A stretch of 64,000 nt of DNA, taken from Trichosphaerium sp. ATCC 40318. Its lineage: Eukaryota > Protista > Tubulinea. Made by a program: the position numbers and the translations under genes. Positions 26,901-40,948 of this stretch are shown here, piece by piece; position 1 is the first letter of the stretch; the number at the start of each line of letters is the position of its first letter. The stretch lies in the NCBI GenBank assembly GCA_038496445.1, contig JALMLS010000070.1, forward strand, positions 1 to 64,000, read 5' to 3'. Under the pieces are notes generated by a model, which saw only the letters and a program-made list of their open reading frames with translations, was not told where the DNA came from and made no database searches.

Positions 26901-28373
26901 ATAAAATATTAATTCGTAACAATTGATACAAGTACAACCAAAATAAGCGTTTAAAACGAAAAAAAAAAGGCAAAAATAATGCCAAAGCAAACGTACGCTT
27001 CTCTGTTTCTTCTTCTAATATTTACAAGCTCTTCAAGCTCCTCATCAGTATGTAGTTCTATACTCCTAAAAAACCAAGCAGTAAGTACAAACGTCGTATT
27101 GCAATAAATAGAATAAAAAAAGGTTCAAAAAAAAAAAAACGCTACCTGTTATCCTTTTCTTCGTCTATGATTAAAAATGGATGTTCTAGTAGCTCTTCTG
27201 AAGAAAGCCGAGTCTCCGCTTTATCCAAACATAAACGAAGAAACTCCTTCACTTCAGCATCCTTTACGCGCAAGTAACCTCTAGGCATACGCCCCTTAAA
27301 ATACCGTAAATACAAATTTTTTTTTTCGCGACTCCGAAATTTCACAAACACAGCAACTTTTTATCCCATAAACGTTACAAAAATACTTGCACACGTATAG
27401 AAACAATATTCAAGTTACTACTTCCAAATAGGGCAAACGTAAAAAAAAGAGCTCACTTTTGACATTTTGTCAAAAAAAGGCGCACCTCGGAAACACGCTT
27501 AAAAATCTGTGCTGCGTTCTCGCATTCCTTGTATGGGTATCGCCCAGTAGCCATCTCTAGTAAACACATGCCAAAAGACCAAATATCAACGCGTTCATCG
27601 TATTCTTCCTCGTACAATTCTGGAGCCATAAATTCAGGCGTGCCTAAAAGTTCAGCGTCAAAACTAGTGCGTGTTCACTTGTATAATTTTGGCGAAGGGG
27701 GTAACAACGTTCCCGTAGCGTGTTTTTTTTTTTTGAGTCGTACCAATAACACTCAACGGTGCGCTGTCATGCAACAAAGTTGCGAGGCCTAAATCGCCGA
27801 TTTTAACCTGCCCAATTGTTCCGTTGATAAAAATATTGTCGCATTTGATGTCTCTGTGGATTACTGGCGGATCTTGCGTGTGTAAATACTTGAGGCCTTC
27901 TAGCACCTGTACACACCACCCTTTAATCACTTTTAGCTTTACATGTCCCGCGCGTTTAATAAACCTAAGTATAGCTGAGTAAGAAGAGATTCTGTTCGAT
28001 TTTGGCCGTTTGGAGTTGTTGTTCAACAAATAATATTTTAAACGTACTTGCTGAGCGTCCCGGACGTCATACACTCTGTTATGATCACTACTTGGAGTTT
28101 TTCACGATCAACCCAAGAATTATGAAAAACAATAATATTGGGGTGAGACAGTTGCTTGAGGAACTTTACTTCTTTGATGAGTTTTTGAAAATCCACTTGG
28201 GCGCTGTCTAATTTTATTTGGTTCCATGCCACCTCTAGCCCTTGGTCTCTATCAATGCCTCTGTAGACCACTTTGAAGGCTCCCTGGCCAAGTTTGTCCG
28301 CAAAACGTATGTAGCGATTGTCTGCGTCAGTTTCTACGACGCCAGCTTCATTTTCTGACTGACTATTGGCCAT
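23928..28373 (-). CDS. WNK: WNK (with-no-lysine) Ser/Thr kinase
   Basis: [12 protein letters not shown]...EVAWNQ (Lys in the Gly loop). [55 protein letters not shown]-like module [21 protein letters not shown]. Long S/P-rich tail ending [10 protein letters not shown]. Confidence 0.93.
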
Positions 28374-28981
28374 TGTCGCTGATTACTTTGTTGGTTTCTT
28401 TTTGAACTTGAAGCTCTTTGTGCAAACACCGCAAAGGCCTCAACGGGTAGTACTTTTAGTTGTGTGTTTGATGGGTACAATAATAATAGATAATATCAGC
28501 CTACATGCGCAGAAAATGCGTATCTATCAATTACAATGTTGCAAATTCAACGCAGGTTGTACCGTACTTTTTTGTCCCGTTTTGATCGCTTGAAACGCCA
28601 ACAATGTAGCTCTCACTGCACGTAATGCTAGTTAGGTTTCCGAGGATTCACTTCGAGACTACTTCGTGTACTGCATAGTTGTACATAAACAGAAGACCCT
28701 AAATCTCTTTGTACACGCGTTTAGGGCTCATAGGAATTGTAGTGACAAGATTACAAAAAAAGAAGTTCCATCGTAAAACTGTCACTCTGCGCAACACCGG
28801 ACTTCGTCTCATTTATAGACAGTCGTTGCACTAACCACAAAAAGCCAATATAGTAGTGCTCTCGTAACGCCGGCAACGGCATTTTACGAAAAGTACATGC
28901 CAAGTTTTTTTTTGTACAACGGATTTTCTAAAACAGTGTTCGTTGACTGTTCAATCGTTTTCAAACACGCTTGATAACACC

Positions 28982-31336
28982 ATGAGTAAGGACAAAGCAC
29001 GTTTGTTGGTTCGTATAGTGAAAGGGCGTATGTTGAGGCCACTTTGCCCTTACGGTACGCTTTAAATTTATAATTCACTGCGTTTTAGCTCGTCAAATGG
29101 GCACCAGTGGTACCTGTTGCGCTTTTTGCAGTGCAGAACTAGTCACAAGTTATAGCGCTTATATAAAAGCCATGACAACATGCTATACATTTTTGCGATT
29201 GTGACGCTATTTCTAAACATTGTACGCAGGAAAGACAGATCCGTTTGTAAAGGTATCTCTGGGCAAAGCTACTCACTTTGTAGTCCTCCCTGACGTTGAT
29301 AACCCTAAACCAAAGAATACCGACCCTGTTTGGAACAGTGAAGTATCATTTGTCATAGAAGGTATTTTATTTACTAACCGACCGCATGTAACGCCAGTCT
29401 AGACACAAAAGCGGAAAATTTGGGCAAACTGAAGCCTTTGCGTATTGACGTTATGGACAAGAAGAAACCTTCGTCTTCTGATAAATCTATTGGCCACGTT
29501 GTTATCCAACTGTCAGAATTGATGCGTGGAAAGTCTCATATTCAAGAATGGCCACTGGAGGGATCTTCACCAAAGGATAAACGTGGAACAATCCTTGTCC
29601 ATCTATTTCCAGTTGATTTTGGTGGAATTGGTGCGCATGGATCCGAGTTATTGATTGTTTTTGTATTTCTTTTTCTTCTACGAAAGTGGCCTTACAGTAT
29701 GTTAGAACTTCCTACGGATAAGGCTGCACGCTCTATTCCAAAAGGAGAACTTCGTAAACTAGGGATTACATCAATCCCTGAGCCACGTGCTCTCATTAAC
29801 TTCAAAAAAAAAGATGTTTCCAGAACTGTACAAATCGCAGAAGGAAGCTTTGGTATTGTGTACAAGGGCAAAACAAAAGGTATGTCATGTTTGCTTTTAA
29901 TTGTTTTTTTTATTCGGAAACTTATTTTCGTGTCAGGTATCAAAGGTACAATTGTTGTAAAGGATATGAACGTTACTGAAGACGCTGCCTTTGATGAGTG
30001 GAAAAAAGAGATTGAAATGATGAGTCATTATAGATCAGATTATGTCGTTGATGTATTTGGTTACGTCTACACTAATCGTGTTGTTGTGCGTTTTTTTTTA
30101 CAGTTTTGGTTTGAAAAAATTTCGGTTAACGTTTTTATTTGTTTAGACTATTGTTATGGAGTATATGGCCAAGGGATCACTTTGGGATATTATTCACGAA
30201 AAGAAACTTGCCATTGGCCCTTTATTGCGCCTCAAGATGGCGCGTCAATGTGCTCGGTTAGTTGTTTTTATTCGGTCTTTTTATTTATTTAAATCTATAG
30301 TGGTATGGCTTACTTGCATTCTAATGGTGTACTCCATCGTGATATCAAGAGTCTCAATATTTTGGTATGTGATACTCGTATTTTTGTTGAGAGTACTTAC
30401 AAGGATGATAGTGCAAAGATGACTTCCAGTGTAAACTAGCTGATTTCGGTTGTGCTAAGCTTATCGGCGATAAGAAGATTCATACAAATCCTTCCTCTAC
30501 TTTACCTCGAGGTGCTGAACCTGAGAAACAAACAGCAAATGTTGGAAGCCCTCTGTGGTGCGTACTATGACATTAATACCTGTTAATCTATGTTTGAAAT
30601 TGGTTATGGATCACCGTTCTCACTTCGCCTTAGGATGGCTCCAGAGGTACCAACTGGTAAATACACATATTCTTCAGATGTTTACAGGTACCGAAATACC
30701 CTTTAGACGTCACTTAATTGAGTTTGTAGTATGGGATTGGTATTTTATGAATTGCTTGAAGGAAAAGTACCTAAATGGGATCCTTATAAAGTGGAGGTCA
30801 TTCTTCCTGAAACCTATGCAGTGCGTAGCTGTTTTATTTTTTGTTTCACCAGTTTCGAACTAATTTTTTGTAGAGTCAAGGAATCGTTGCGAAATGTATG
30901 CACAAGAATGAAGCGATGCGCCCAACGGCTGCTGATGTGCTTCGTTTCTTGACTCATGTGATAATGTCGATTTGTAATACGATAAAGGTACTAGCCTATC
31001 TAACGTACTAAGCGCTAATAAACGAATAGGAGAAATATCCAAAAGAATTTAAAAGTCTCAACAAGAGTACGTTACTTGCGCGTAATTGTACTCGATTGAC
31101 CTTGTTTTAGAAAACAATAATTTCAGCTACAAGGATGATGAACCTGAGTTCTTATGCCTTTTATCCAAAACAGAGTACGTTCTACAAAAAAAAAACAATC
31201 AAAAAAGTTCGACTCAACAAACTGTTTTTTATTTTACTTCAAACGAGTCTCTGCGCTAACGAATTACTTTAGCAAGTCGATCATGAAGATTCTTAAGCAA
31301 GTGCCTGACGTACATATTGCAAACTTCAAAATGTAA
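28982..31336 (+). CDS. C2-domain tyrosine-kinase-like (TKL) protein kinase
   Basis: RLLVRIVKGR...KTDPFVKV...DPVWN (C2). IAEGSFGIVYKG, MEYMAKGSL, LHRDIKSLNIL, KLADFG, VGSPLWMAPE. Ends VHIANFKM*. Confidence 0.9.
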
Positions 31337-31616
31337 AGGATACGCAAGCGCACTGTTTGCCAAACTCACTTGTCGCCACTAATGTCCGCGTACGTTTACT
31401 TGAAAAAACTCCAGTCACTATTTTCAATTATCGCTTACACAGGCGATTCAGGCTTCTAATTTGCGGTCCCGTTGTATAATAAAGCATTAAGCGTTTCGAT
31501 TGATCGCTTTTGGGTTATTTTATTTTTTTTTTTGTTTTGAACAAATGTGAGCGTGCACTAAACCGTCGCTACGCTATTTTTACAAGTCAAAAAACACTAA
31601 CGGAGCTACTCTCGCT

Positions 31617-34018
31617 ATGCCCCGTGAAATTATATCTATACATATCGGACAAGCAGGTGTTCAACTAGGGAACGCCTGTTGGGAGTTGTACTGTGTCGAA
31701 CATGGCATAGAGAAGGGTGCGTAGGCGTGATATGTATTTGTAAGTGACATTTCCGTAAAACAGATGGTACTATGAAGGCAGACCCTGAGGGTGATACTTT
31801 TACTACGTTTTTCGCAGACACTAATTCAGGTTCGTCACTCTACAATTTCGATCATCCCATGCACTAAAAAAAGGGACGTCACAGGTCGCTACGTACCTCG
31901 CGCTGTTTTTGTGGATTTGGAGCCTTCCGTCATAGACGAAATACGTCATGGACCGTTTGGGTACGCTAGTTAGTACCAGTGTTAACTTGTCAACTCATTG
32001 TTGTTAGCTCTTTGTTTCACCCTTCTCAAATGCTATCTGGTAACGAAGACGCTGCAAATAACTTTGCTCGTGGCCACTACACTGTTGGTAAGCTATTACT
32101 AAAGTTTATACCATCTCATATCAAACAGGAAAGCAGAAATTAGAAGAAACTGTTAACAGTATAAGAAAAGTACGATAATATTTATTAAAAATCACTAAGA
32201 ATACTTCCTTTGTTTATTTTATGTCTCTTTGACAATCAAGTGATGCATAAGTGCTAAAATATACTGCGTAGGTTGCTGAACTATGCGATTCACCACAAGG
32301 ATTTCTTACATTTCACTCTGTAGGTGGAGGAACAGGATCAGGTATCATTTTTTTGGCTGTTTTGTTTTGTACTTTTAGAAAGTGTCACGTGATAATTTTT
32401 TTTGTTGAAAATCTTGTAGATTAACTCAAGTGTTTTTTTAGGGTTTGCAACGTTGTTATTAGAGAGGCGTACGGATATTATTTTTGAAAATGAAAATATT
32501 GGACAGAAGATACGCTAACATTTCTTCTCTCTTAGTTTCTGCCGACTTCAAAAAAAAGCCAAAACTTGATTTTTGCATCTATCCAAGTCCACAAATTGGA
32601 AGTGCTGTTGTAGAACCATATAATTCTGTGCTATCAACGCATGGACTACTTGAATACACTGACTTGTGTTTTGTTCTTGATAATGAAGCTATATACGATA
32701 TCGTTCAAAAGTGCGTTAAAGGAACAATTTTTGTCTTCTAATAATTTACTTTCTAGGTCTTTGGACGTGAGTAACCCAAGCTACAAAAACCTTAATGAAT
32801 TGTGTGCTCAGATCATATCTTCTTTAACATGTTCTCTACGCTTTAATGGTGCTTTGAACGTGGACATGAATGGCACGTGTTTTTTTTAAAATGACCTAAA
32901 CAATTTTGTATATCACTAACAATTCCTCTTTAGAATTCCAGGTCAATCTAGTACCGTAAGCCAGTTTGATAATAATATTCTTACTTACATATTCTTATTT
33001 TCTCACTTCTTTTAGGTTCCGTAGAATTCACTTGTACGACAGCGATCTTTTAGTATTTGAGCCTTTTTCAAACATTTGTTTAGTATGTTGTGTTCTTATG
33101 CACCAATTACTTCACCTGGTAAAGCATGGGCTGAAACGTACGTTATTCTTATCATATTAATGGTATCTTAAACTGACTGTACTAACGATTACAATAGTAT
33201 GTCTGTCAGCGAATTGACAACTTCAGCATTTGAGTCACAAAATATGATGTGTAAATGCGACCCACGTGGTGGAAAGTACATGGCAACATGTCTTATGTAC
33301 AGGTAGGATGTTCTTCGTTTTAACTAAATGTCATCGAGTATGTGTTGCTTATATTTTCTCTCAGAGGAGATGTGAAAGGTAAAGATGTTCACGCTGCAGT
33401 CAATAAATTAAAAACCAGCAATGTAAGTTTCCTTATTGTATGATAATCACGTGACGCCCATTTAGGCATTACAATTTGTTGATTGGAGTCCATGTGGATA
33501 CAAAACAGGTGTAAATGCTCAGTCGCCAGCTGTTGTACCTGGTTCTGATATGGCAAAGGTATGTGCCTTTGTTTTATGATTGTTTATGTTTATTTTTGAT
33601 TTTATAACTGTTTATCTAGACAACCAGATCATTGACTATGTTGGCCAATAATACAGGTTCGCACCTTAAGGTTCTAAGTATGTCTAAAATACGCTTTTAG
33701 CCATTGCCAAGGTGTTTCAACGCATTAATAGAAAGTTTGACTTAATGTTCGCAAAACGCGCTTTTGTCCACTGGTACGCGATAGTGTAGTATTTAAACCA
33801 TAAAAACTTATGTAATTTAAAGGTATGTCGGAGAAGGAATGGAAGAAGTGGAATTTACAGAGGCCAGAGAAGACCTACAAGCTCTAGAAGAAGTACACTT
33901 AATTTCTTTGAATTCCACTTTTTTTTAACGGTTTTTCCTCAAGGATTACGAGCACGTGTCAGGTGACGGTGATAATGCTGAAGAAGATGAATTTGTAGAG
34001 GATGAAGTATATGAGTAA
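31617..34018 (+). CDS. TUBA: Alpha-tubulin (divergent), 19 exons
   Basis: [80 protein letters not shown], acidic tail. All 18 introns placed by conservation. Confidence 0.97.
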
Positions 34019-34133
34019 TATGTCTTATCATAAAGCGAACCTTAAGTGGGTTTTTCGATTTTTCTTAATTGACGTAATAAATTATGTTAGTTTTTTTTAA
34101 GTTCGTTGATCTGCCATGTCTTAAAGCGCTTGA

Positions 34134-34721
34134 ATGATATCGTGGCTAGCGTTAGTTGCTGTAGGATTATTATGGGGTATCACAAACCCATTAATGAGGC
34201 GTTATTCTGCTGTATGAACGGAAATACGTTACATTCTAATGTAAACGCTATGTAGGGAATCCTTGATTTGCCAAAGAGTGATTCTACGCTTCAGAATATG
34301 ATTCAAGAGTATATTTACCTTTTTTCGAACATCAAGTACTTAGCGTCGTTTCTCTCGAATATGGCTGGTTCAGTACTATTCTATCTCTCCCTGAGGTGCA
34401 TTTTTGACACTTTAACGTATTCTTTTAACGTTAAACCCATTAGAGAATTACCGTTAATGTTGGTAGCGCCAACAGCCAATTCTTTGACACTTGTACGAGC
34501 TTAAAACCGAAATCAGCTATTTTTTACTTACTCCGCGTATTAAGGTTGTAACGACATTTGTGAGTATTTTACTAGGCGAAAAACCGGTATCTACAGGTTT
34601 GTGGCTTGTTTTTACTGTCATTTATCTAACTTTTTCCTTCAACCAAGCTGGCGCTTTTGGGATGTTGTGCATCGTTGCTGGTGTCTCTCTCTGTATACTA
34701 ACCGACGAAGGCGTTCTATAA
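34134..34721 (+). CDS. TMEM234: TMEM234-like small drug/metabolite-transporter-superfamily membrane protein
   Basis: VGLLWGITNPLMRR...YLASFLSNMAGSVLFYLSL...LVAPTANSLT...LLGEK...GMLCIVAGVSLC; 5 exons. Confidence 0.85.
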
Positions 34722-35957
34722 GCTATTGAGTAGCTCAGAAATAGCTTGAAAACAAATAGCATGAAGTGAAACTACGTTCCAACAATAAACTTAAACATTT
34801 TCACGTGATAGCACATTGTCAGCTTTTTTCTTTTATTTCGACCTTAAACAGCGCAAAGCGCATTAATTATGTACAACCATGGGAACCCAGGGTTATTTGA
34901 TCACCTTATACTAGAAAAGTACCGTATGTTGCCTAAAACCATTGAACCCTTCTTGTTTCGCGTCTGAAACTATTTTAGAAACCGAAACTACTGCCAAAGC
35001 GAAGTATGGATTAAATTACGGCCCAGGCACTACAATATCAGCTGGATATGGTCCCTACAAAAACGTCAGTCCGTTAATAAACCCTTATTAGTACTAACAT
35101 TACTTTTAGGTGGCTCTAAACTTAGGAATGCAAGGTCATAGCAGTTACATGGGCCTAGTTCAGTATGGCAATTATTTAGGCTCAAAAGGGTTGCTGTTGT
35201 CATGTTTGAGTCGTGTTTCGGTGATAACAGCAAGTAAAGCAAGTTTGAGCGAGATAGTGGCAATGGGTCATTATAAAGGTAGGACTAAAAGCAAGGCTTG
35301 TAGCTCTAACAGCGGAAAGGAAGGTATTACACAGCTGCGATGGATTGGTGTCTGGGAGGCCATAATAAGGGGCAACGTGTCAGAGGATTGAATATTTCTT
35401 ATACACAAAGTGTTGCAAAGAACACAGCAGGCAAGAAAAAAAAACCCTCCAAGTTTTTTTAAGAATATATTCTGATGTGTCACAAAATGTCAACCTCTTT
35501 AGTTTATAGTTGGTATTAAGGTCGGAAATGTATTAGATTTTAATGCTCCTTATGTTAGTTCAGATTTTTTACCTGTAGTAATGCTGGTATGACCCTATTT
35601 TTACCTTTTTTTGGCCTTTTTTTTCCAAAACAAAAAGTTTCTTTGAAGTATTGATGTTTAACACGTGTTCTAGGCTGCGCGTACTTTTTTTGATAACAGT
35701 TACGTATAAATCATATACTCGTCCATTTAAAAAAAAACCTCCGGTGGGCTCTGTATTCATCTTTTTTTTTATTGTTTCGTAGTGTTTTTTTTTTCTTTTA
35801 GCTCTAACGTATATACTCAGATGTATTTGCTGCAAATGTTTTGCTTAATACTAAAGCACCAAACTTTCCATTACTATGTCAAACAGCCATGGTAGATCTA
35901 GTGTATAGTCGATATCTTATTAATACCAAAAGAACAAAACTTAAATTTATCTCAAAA

Positions 35958-36637
35958 ATGGGCCATCGTTCAGATCCTACTCTAGCTTTTGGTGTGATGT
36001 ATGAAGATAAGGATCCAGAAATACAGGCAAAGGTAGTCACATATAAGTGCTTTAAAACGTAGCATATTACAGGCTTTAATTAAATTAGAAATAATTTTTT
36101 TTTTGTTGAAGGTGCTTTTGAATAGAACAAATAAATTGCCTGTAGTACTTGGTAATATATTATGGCAACTGCCTTGGTGTCCTCAATTTTCTATTCGTTC
36201 AGAAATAGGAGTAGTACTACAAAATAATTTCCCAACAGAGTACGTCAGTCATACCACAAACAAAAAAACCAAAAACCGTTCATTTTTTCATTACTCCAAA
36301 ACACTCACGTGTTCATGCAAATGATAAACACAAGAAATTAATCACCGAATTCTACTAGATGAAAATACATATTTTTTTATCAACTAACAAAGCGTTAGTG
36401 GATTCCAATTTTCTTCTTATTTTTTTCTTATTTTCAGAACAGTTCTCTCATATTACAAGTAGGTTTGCGATTGGTGTTTTATATTACCCTGATGCTAATG
36501 ACGTATCTTTCATTAATTATGAATATCGAAACAATGATAATCCAGAAGGATTTAAACATGGTGACAATGTCGAAGATACTAAAAATCAACAACGTGGAAC
36601 ATATTTTGAATCTGTTTATTGTAAGAACATGTTCTGA
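35958..36637 (+). CDS. Small hypothetical spliced protein
   Basis: MGHRSDPTLAFGVMYEDKDPEIQAK|VLLNRTN...|..FAIGVLYYPDAND...YCKNMF* joined through GT-AG introns. No family recognised. Confidence 0.5.
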
Positions 36638-36959
36638 AATAGAACTAATATGCAGAACAAGAAACAAAAATAAACAAATAATGTGCCTTGCAGAGTACTC
36701 CTTGACAAAATTTTATGCGTGGGCACAACCATTTGTAAGCGTTATTCCTTCACCGGGTTTACTTGTTCAAGGTTTGCTAATACCTTCAAGCCAAGTTTGT
36801 AACAACACAGCAACTATAAGCGGTCAAGGTATTTGACATTCGTTACAATATAGGATAATACCAACGGATACAGTTGTATGGAGATTATTGTATAACTACA
36901 AACAAACGGAGTAATGTATATGGTATTAGTCATGGTGAGGCGTAGCGTGAGTTTGAATA

Positions 36960-37058
36960 GGATCAGTAGTTCAACCGACAGTTGCAATCACTCAAATTGC
37001 GACCATCCTCGAGCTGCTTACCAGCTAAGATAAAGCGTTGCTGATCTGGAGGAACCTA
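36960..37058 (-). pseudogene. Ubiquitin-like exon fragment
   Basis: [23 protein letters not shown] matches ubiquitin residues 36-58. The frame then stops and no intact flanking exons were found. Confidence 0.65.
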
Positions 37059-39813
37059 TCAGAATGGTATCACCTACCAGAAGTTTCGCTTGATCAAAAA
37101 AACAGTGCAAAAACTTCATTTTTGGCATCGCTGTGCGTAGGTGATGCTATGGTAGCACTATTTTGACTTTTTGCAACAAAGAGAGCAAGGATAACAATAC
37201 GGACTATAAGTCACGTCACAGTAGATGTAAACCATACAGCTTTTGATCTCTGTGCAACTCAAGTCTAAATACTTTGTTTGTCCAAGTTTAAACGCCACAC
37301 AATCCGTATTTTGATAATACCTAATGCAACATGCACATACCTGCAACTGAACGAAACCTAGCACAAAAATGAAAGTCAACCAAAAAAAAAAACTACCGTT
37401 AAAGAAAAGTAATGACTTTGCTTTTTGTGGAGGAAGACCTAAAGCTGCAACAACATAGGAGTACTGGCTTGAACTTTGTTCAGCTTTTATTGTAGAGGTA
37501 TCCCATTCGTAGGTGATAAGGGTTTACTGTTACCTCGTGCAGCTCCGTTGTGGTTTTTGGTCTTTTCTCCATCGCCTGTACTCTCTCAATAATCTACCTG
37601 CCGCCTATACAACATAAGGTAACGTTAATTTAATTTCTTGTGCAACTTCTCATCTTTTTCAGTAGCACAGCTCATAACTAGACAGCACCGAATGATCCTT
37701 CTTTTAAGGCTCAAACTCAAAAACTATGTGTTAGGCGCTATTTTGTTTTGAGGCTACAACGCTCACAGTGCACGTATATACAGTTCTGAGATTGCGTTTA
37801 GTGTTATTCCAGAACTAGTTGGTTTTTTTGTGGTAGCCACAGTCACATACGCGTGCTGAGGGTTGCTATGGTGTTAGTAGAGCAAAAAAAAAAAGATAAA
37901 GGGCGTTTTGTCGCAAGTCGTTGCTTACACATGCAACTGGTCACGTAACCGAAAGCAACTGCGGTATTACTTCATTCAGGCATTAGTTTGTTTCACTGTC
38001 GGCTTTATTTATGTTTATACGCTCACCACAGCCTCGGTATAAAAACCAAAGTGTTAAACGCAAGTAAAACCAGTCCAATAGCCACTGCTACGCACCATTG
38101 CGCGAAAGGTGCCTGGTCACAACTTTTAACTTTGGTAATGCTGCTTCTACCTAAATCGTAAGCCCAGTGCATTGAACACTGCAAGCATGTTCGTTGATGG
38201 AATCAAAAATCACGTTCGTTGATCACGTGAAAGCCTCATATTAATGCAGACGTACATACGGTGTCTGTCAGCTTACATCGTAGTTGCAAAGCAAGAAAGA
38301 TATCAAGGACGCCGCCTACTAGGCGGAGTGTATTTGTGAGGTTTGCTATTTCAAGATAATTATACAGAAGTCTTCTCGGCCTAGTTCGTTTGTTTTCGTA
38401 TGTTACTTTCCCTTCCAAGGATGACTCAAAGACTCGTAATCACTGTACTGTCACATATTACTAATATCAGTATGTTACATAGATAACTGGTATCATTCCT
38501 AAAGAGAAAGTAACGATAGCTGAAGGAATATGACATTTTGAATGCCAAAGCGACTCTTTTACACTCTTAACTTTTTGTGCACTCATACGGAAACGTATCT
38601 GGAAAGGGATTAGATGAAATATAATTTGCTTTGAAATACAAAGAAAAAAAAGGTATTGGTACTTTCCTCAGCGCTGTTTCCGATGTCTCCTTATCTGTTC
38701 TTCTGGATAACTGCTTGTATATCTGTAATACTAGTTAGTTCCTACTTATACTAAGGATATTTGAATCACGTGCTTGATAGAGGATAAACGTGCTGTAAAT
38801 CAAAGTTAATAAAGTTAAGAACATGCGGCAACAATGTTACAATTGTTGGCGACTCGTTGGTAGATATGCGTTCAATCGACGATCCCACTTCAAACAAGAC
38901 AAACACGGTGAACAGCGAACAAAATAGAGCTCTAAAGCGTTTGTATCAAGAACTTATGTCAATCAAACATTTATTAACAAGAGTCTCGTAAAGGAGTTGA
39001 TTCGTTGAGGTACCAAAACATTGTTATCATTACGTTTGTTATTGCAGTGAATGGCTTGCTGATTGTTAGGAATAATCAAGCATTGCTTCCTATAGGACCA
39101 TCGCTTGTACTTGTGCTTAGATGGTATTTTTATAATGGTTTTTAATTGCTTAGCCTTATTGTTTAGGAACGAGTGCTCTCGTCAAATTATTGGAGCGTCA
39201 ATCCAAGTACTTGAAGTCCCAATATCCTAGAGTACTTTCTATGTACATAGATATCAAGAACGTGCTTGATAACTTTACAAAACTCTGCTTTGAAAATCAT
39301 GGGTATAGTTTCAGTGTTAAAAAAACAGCTAGATTCCAACATTAGTTTAATGGACATTGTGTGAAATTGTTAGATATCTGGCTAATATCTGGCTCAGCCA
39401 TGGCATATTTTTGGCTCAGCCATGGCAGTTCTCTGTTTATTATTGAACCTACCATAAGTTACTTTTAAATAAAAAATTACCCAAACATTACCAGTGTTCA
39501 AGGCAATAATTTTGTGGAATATTAGTCAATTTAAGTCCTCACATGTAGAAATATGAGGCAATTGGTGAAAACATGTACATTTTATTCATAAGTACATAGA
39601 CACCAACTAAAAAGATTATTTCCAATACCTTTCGTATCATGCATAGTTTAGTACATTTAGTATACTCTATAAAAATGTGAGTAATGTTTGAAACCTTAAT
39701 GGCTCATGGTAGCTTTTTTTTACACAAGGTAAAAAAAATAGCCCATATAAAAAACTCCCCAAAATGGTCTGTATTTTTCAACCTTGACTATTTCTCAACT
39801 TTTATAATCCACA

Positions 39814-40948
39814 ATGAAGCGTAGAAGAGCTTTGTTAAATGAGAGTGCAGCAAAACAAAAGGAATTAGAGCTAATACAACAAAAAAAACAACAAAAAACA
39901 CAAAATAATTACACAGATACGCAAGCTTCCCGTGATATGGCCTTAAAACAGGATGTATTAAAATTTTCTGATGAAGGCTTTCATTTGCTTAACACGGCAA
40001 GATTACGTTACAAAGTGCCATCAAGTGCTGGTGCAGGTTCAAATAATATGTGCGTGCACAAAGATTGGGTAAACAAACCTCTTAATTTTTTTTATGCTAC
40101 CATTCCACCATTGGCTATTACAAGTATTTGTGATTCTATCAATAACATGATGAACACAAAAACATCCACCAACAAATATGCTAAAAGTTACATGCAATAC
40201 GTAACACATGTTACCCCAGGTGACTGGCTACAGTTTTATGGCATTTACATTAAATTGATGATTGCACACACTAAATTGAAATCGAACATTAGACACAATT
40301 TTCGTGACCTTAAAGCAATCCATAAATGGAAAATGGGATTCAACAGGTATGAAACATTTATGAATACTTCTCATTGTTATAGATGGGGAGCAATACATGC
40401 TGCATCTACTTTATCAAGTGAGGTTTTACAAAACATCACAAACGATATGATAGAGTCATGGAATGACCACTGGTATGCAAGTACTGACTTGGCATATGAC
40501 GAATCTCTTTGAGAATACAAACCAAGTCCAGAAACCAAATGAAAAAAGGAATTTATTGAAAAAGATCCTATTCCTTCTCATTACATTCCACGTAAACCAC
40601 ACAATACAGGTTTTTTGGCATGGTCAACAGCCTCAAAATCTAATACAACTAATATACCATATATTGTTGATGTAGCACCTCACATAACATTTCCTTGTAC
40701 AACTGGAGAAGAGGTAAACCAACTCATTACATTTTGTGTTAATGTTTTTTTAGGAGCTCTCTAAAATGTTGGATAAGTGGCATAAACGTTATGATCACAA
40801 ACCTCACATTGTGGCAGACTCTGTGTTTGGTAGTCAACTGACAATAAACAAGCTTAAACAAAAAGCTTTTTTCACAGTATCTGGATCTCATGCTAAGGAC
40901 AAGCATTTGTGGCAAGTTCTACAACAAAACACCGGTTCTCTATTATAA
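39814..40948 (+). mobile_element. Decayed piggyBac-like DDD transposase (pseudogene)
   Basis: PLNFF, MGFNRY, LAYDESL (first Asp), YIPRKPHNTG, HIVADSVFGS (second Asp). In-frame TGA at 40510 and 40540, a 40-nt intron at 40714-40753, and truncation before a third Asp. Confidence 0.8.

Noticed and set aside
37150-39300. Exon-like fragments with GT-AG boundaries (also 22600-23000 and 49250-49730)
   Set aside because: Could not assemble a stop-free or recognisable product; may be gene relics.
40510-40542. In-frame TGA codons as stop-codon reassignment or selenocysteine
   Set aside because: Confined to a truncated transposase. Intact genes use TGG for Trp and show no internal TGA, so pseudogene decay is simpler.
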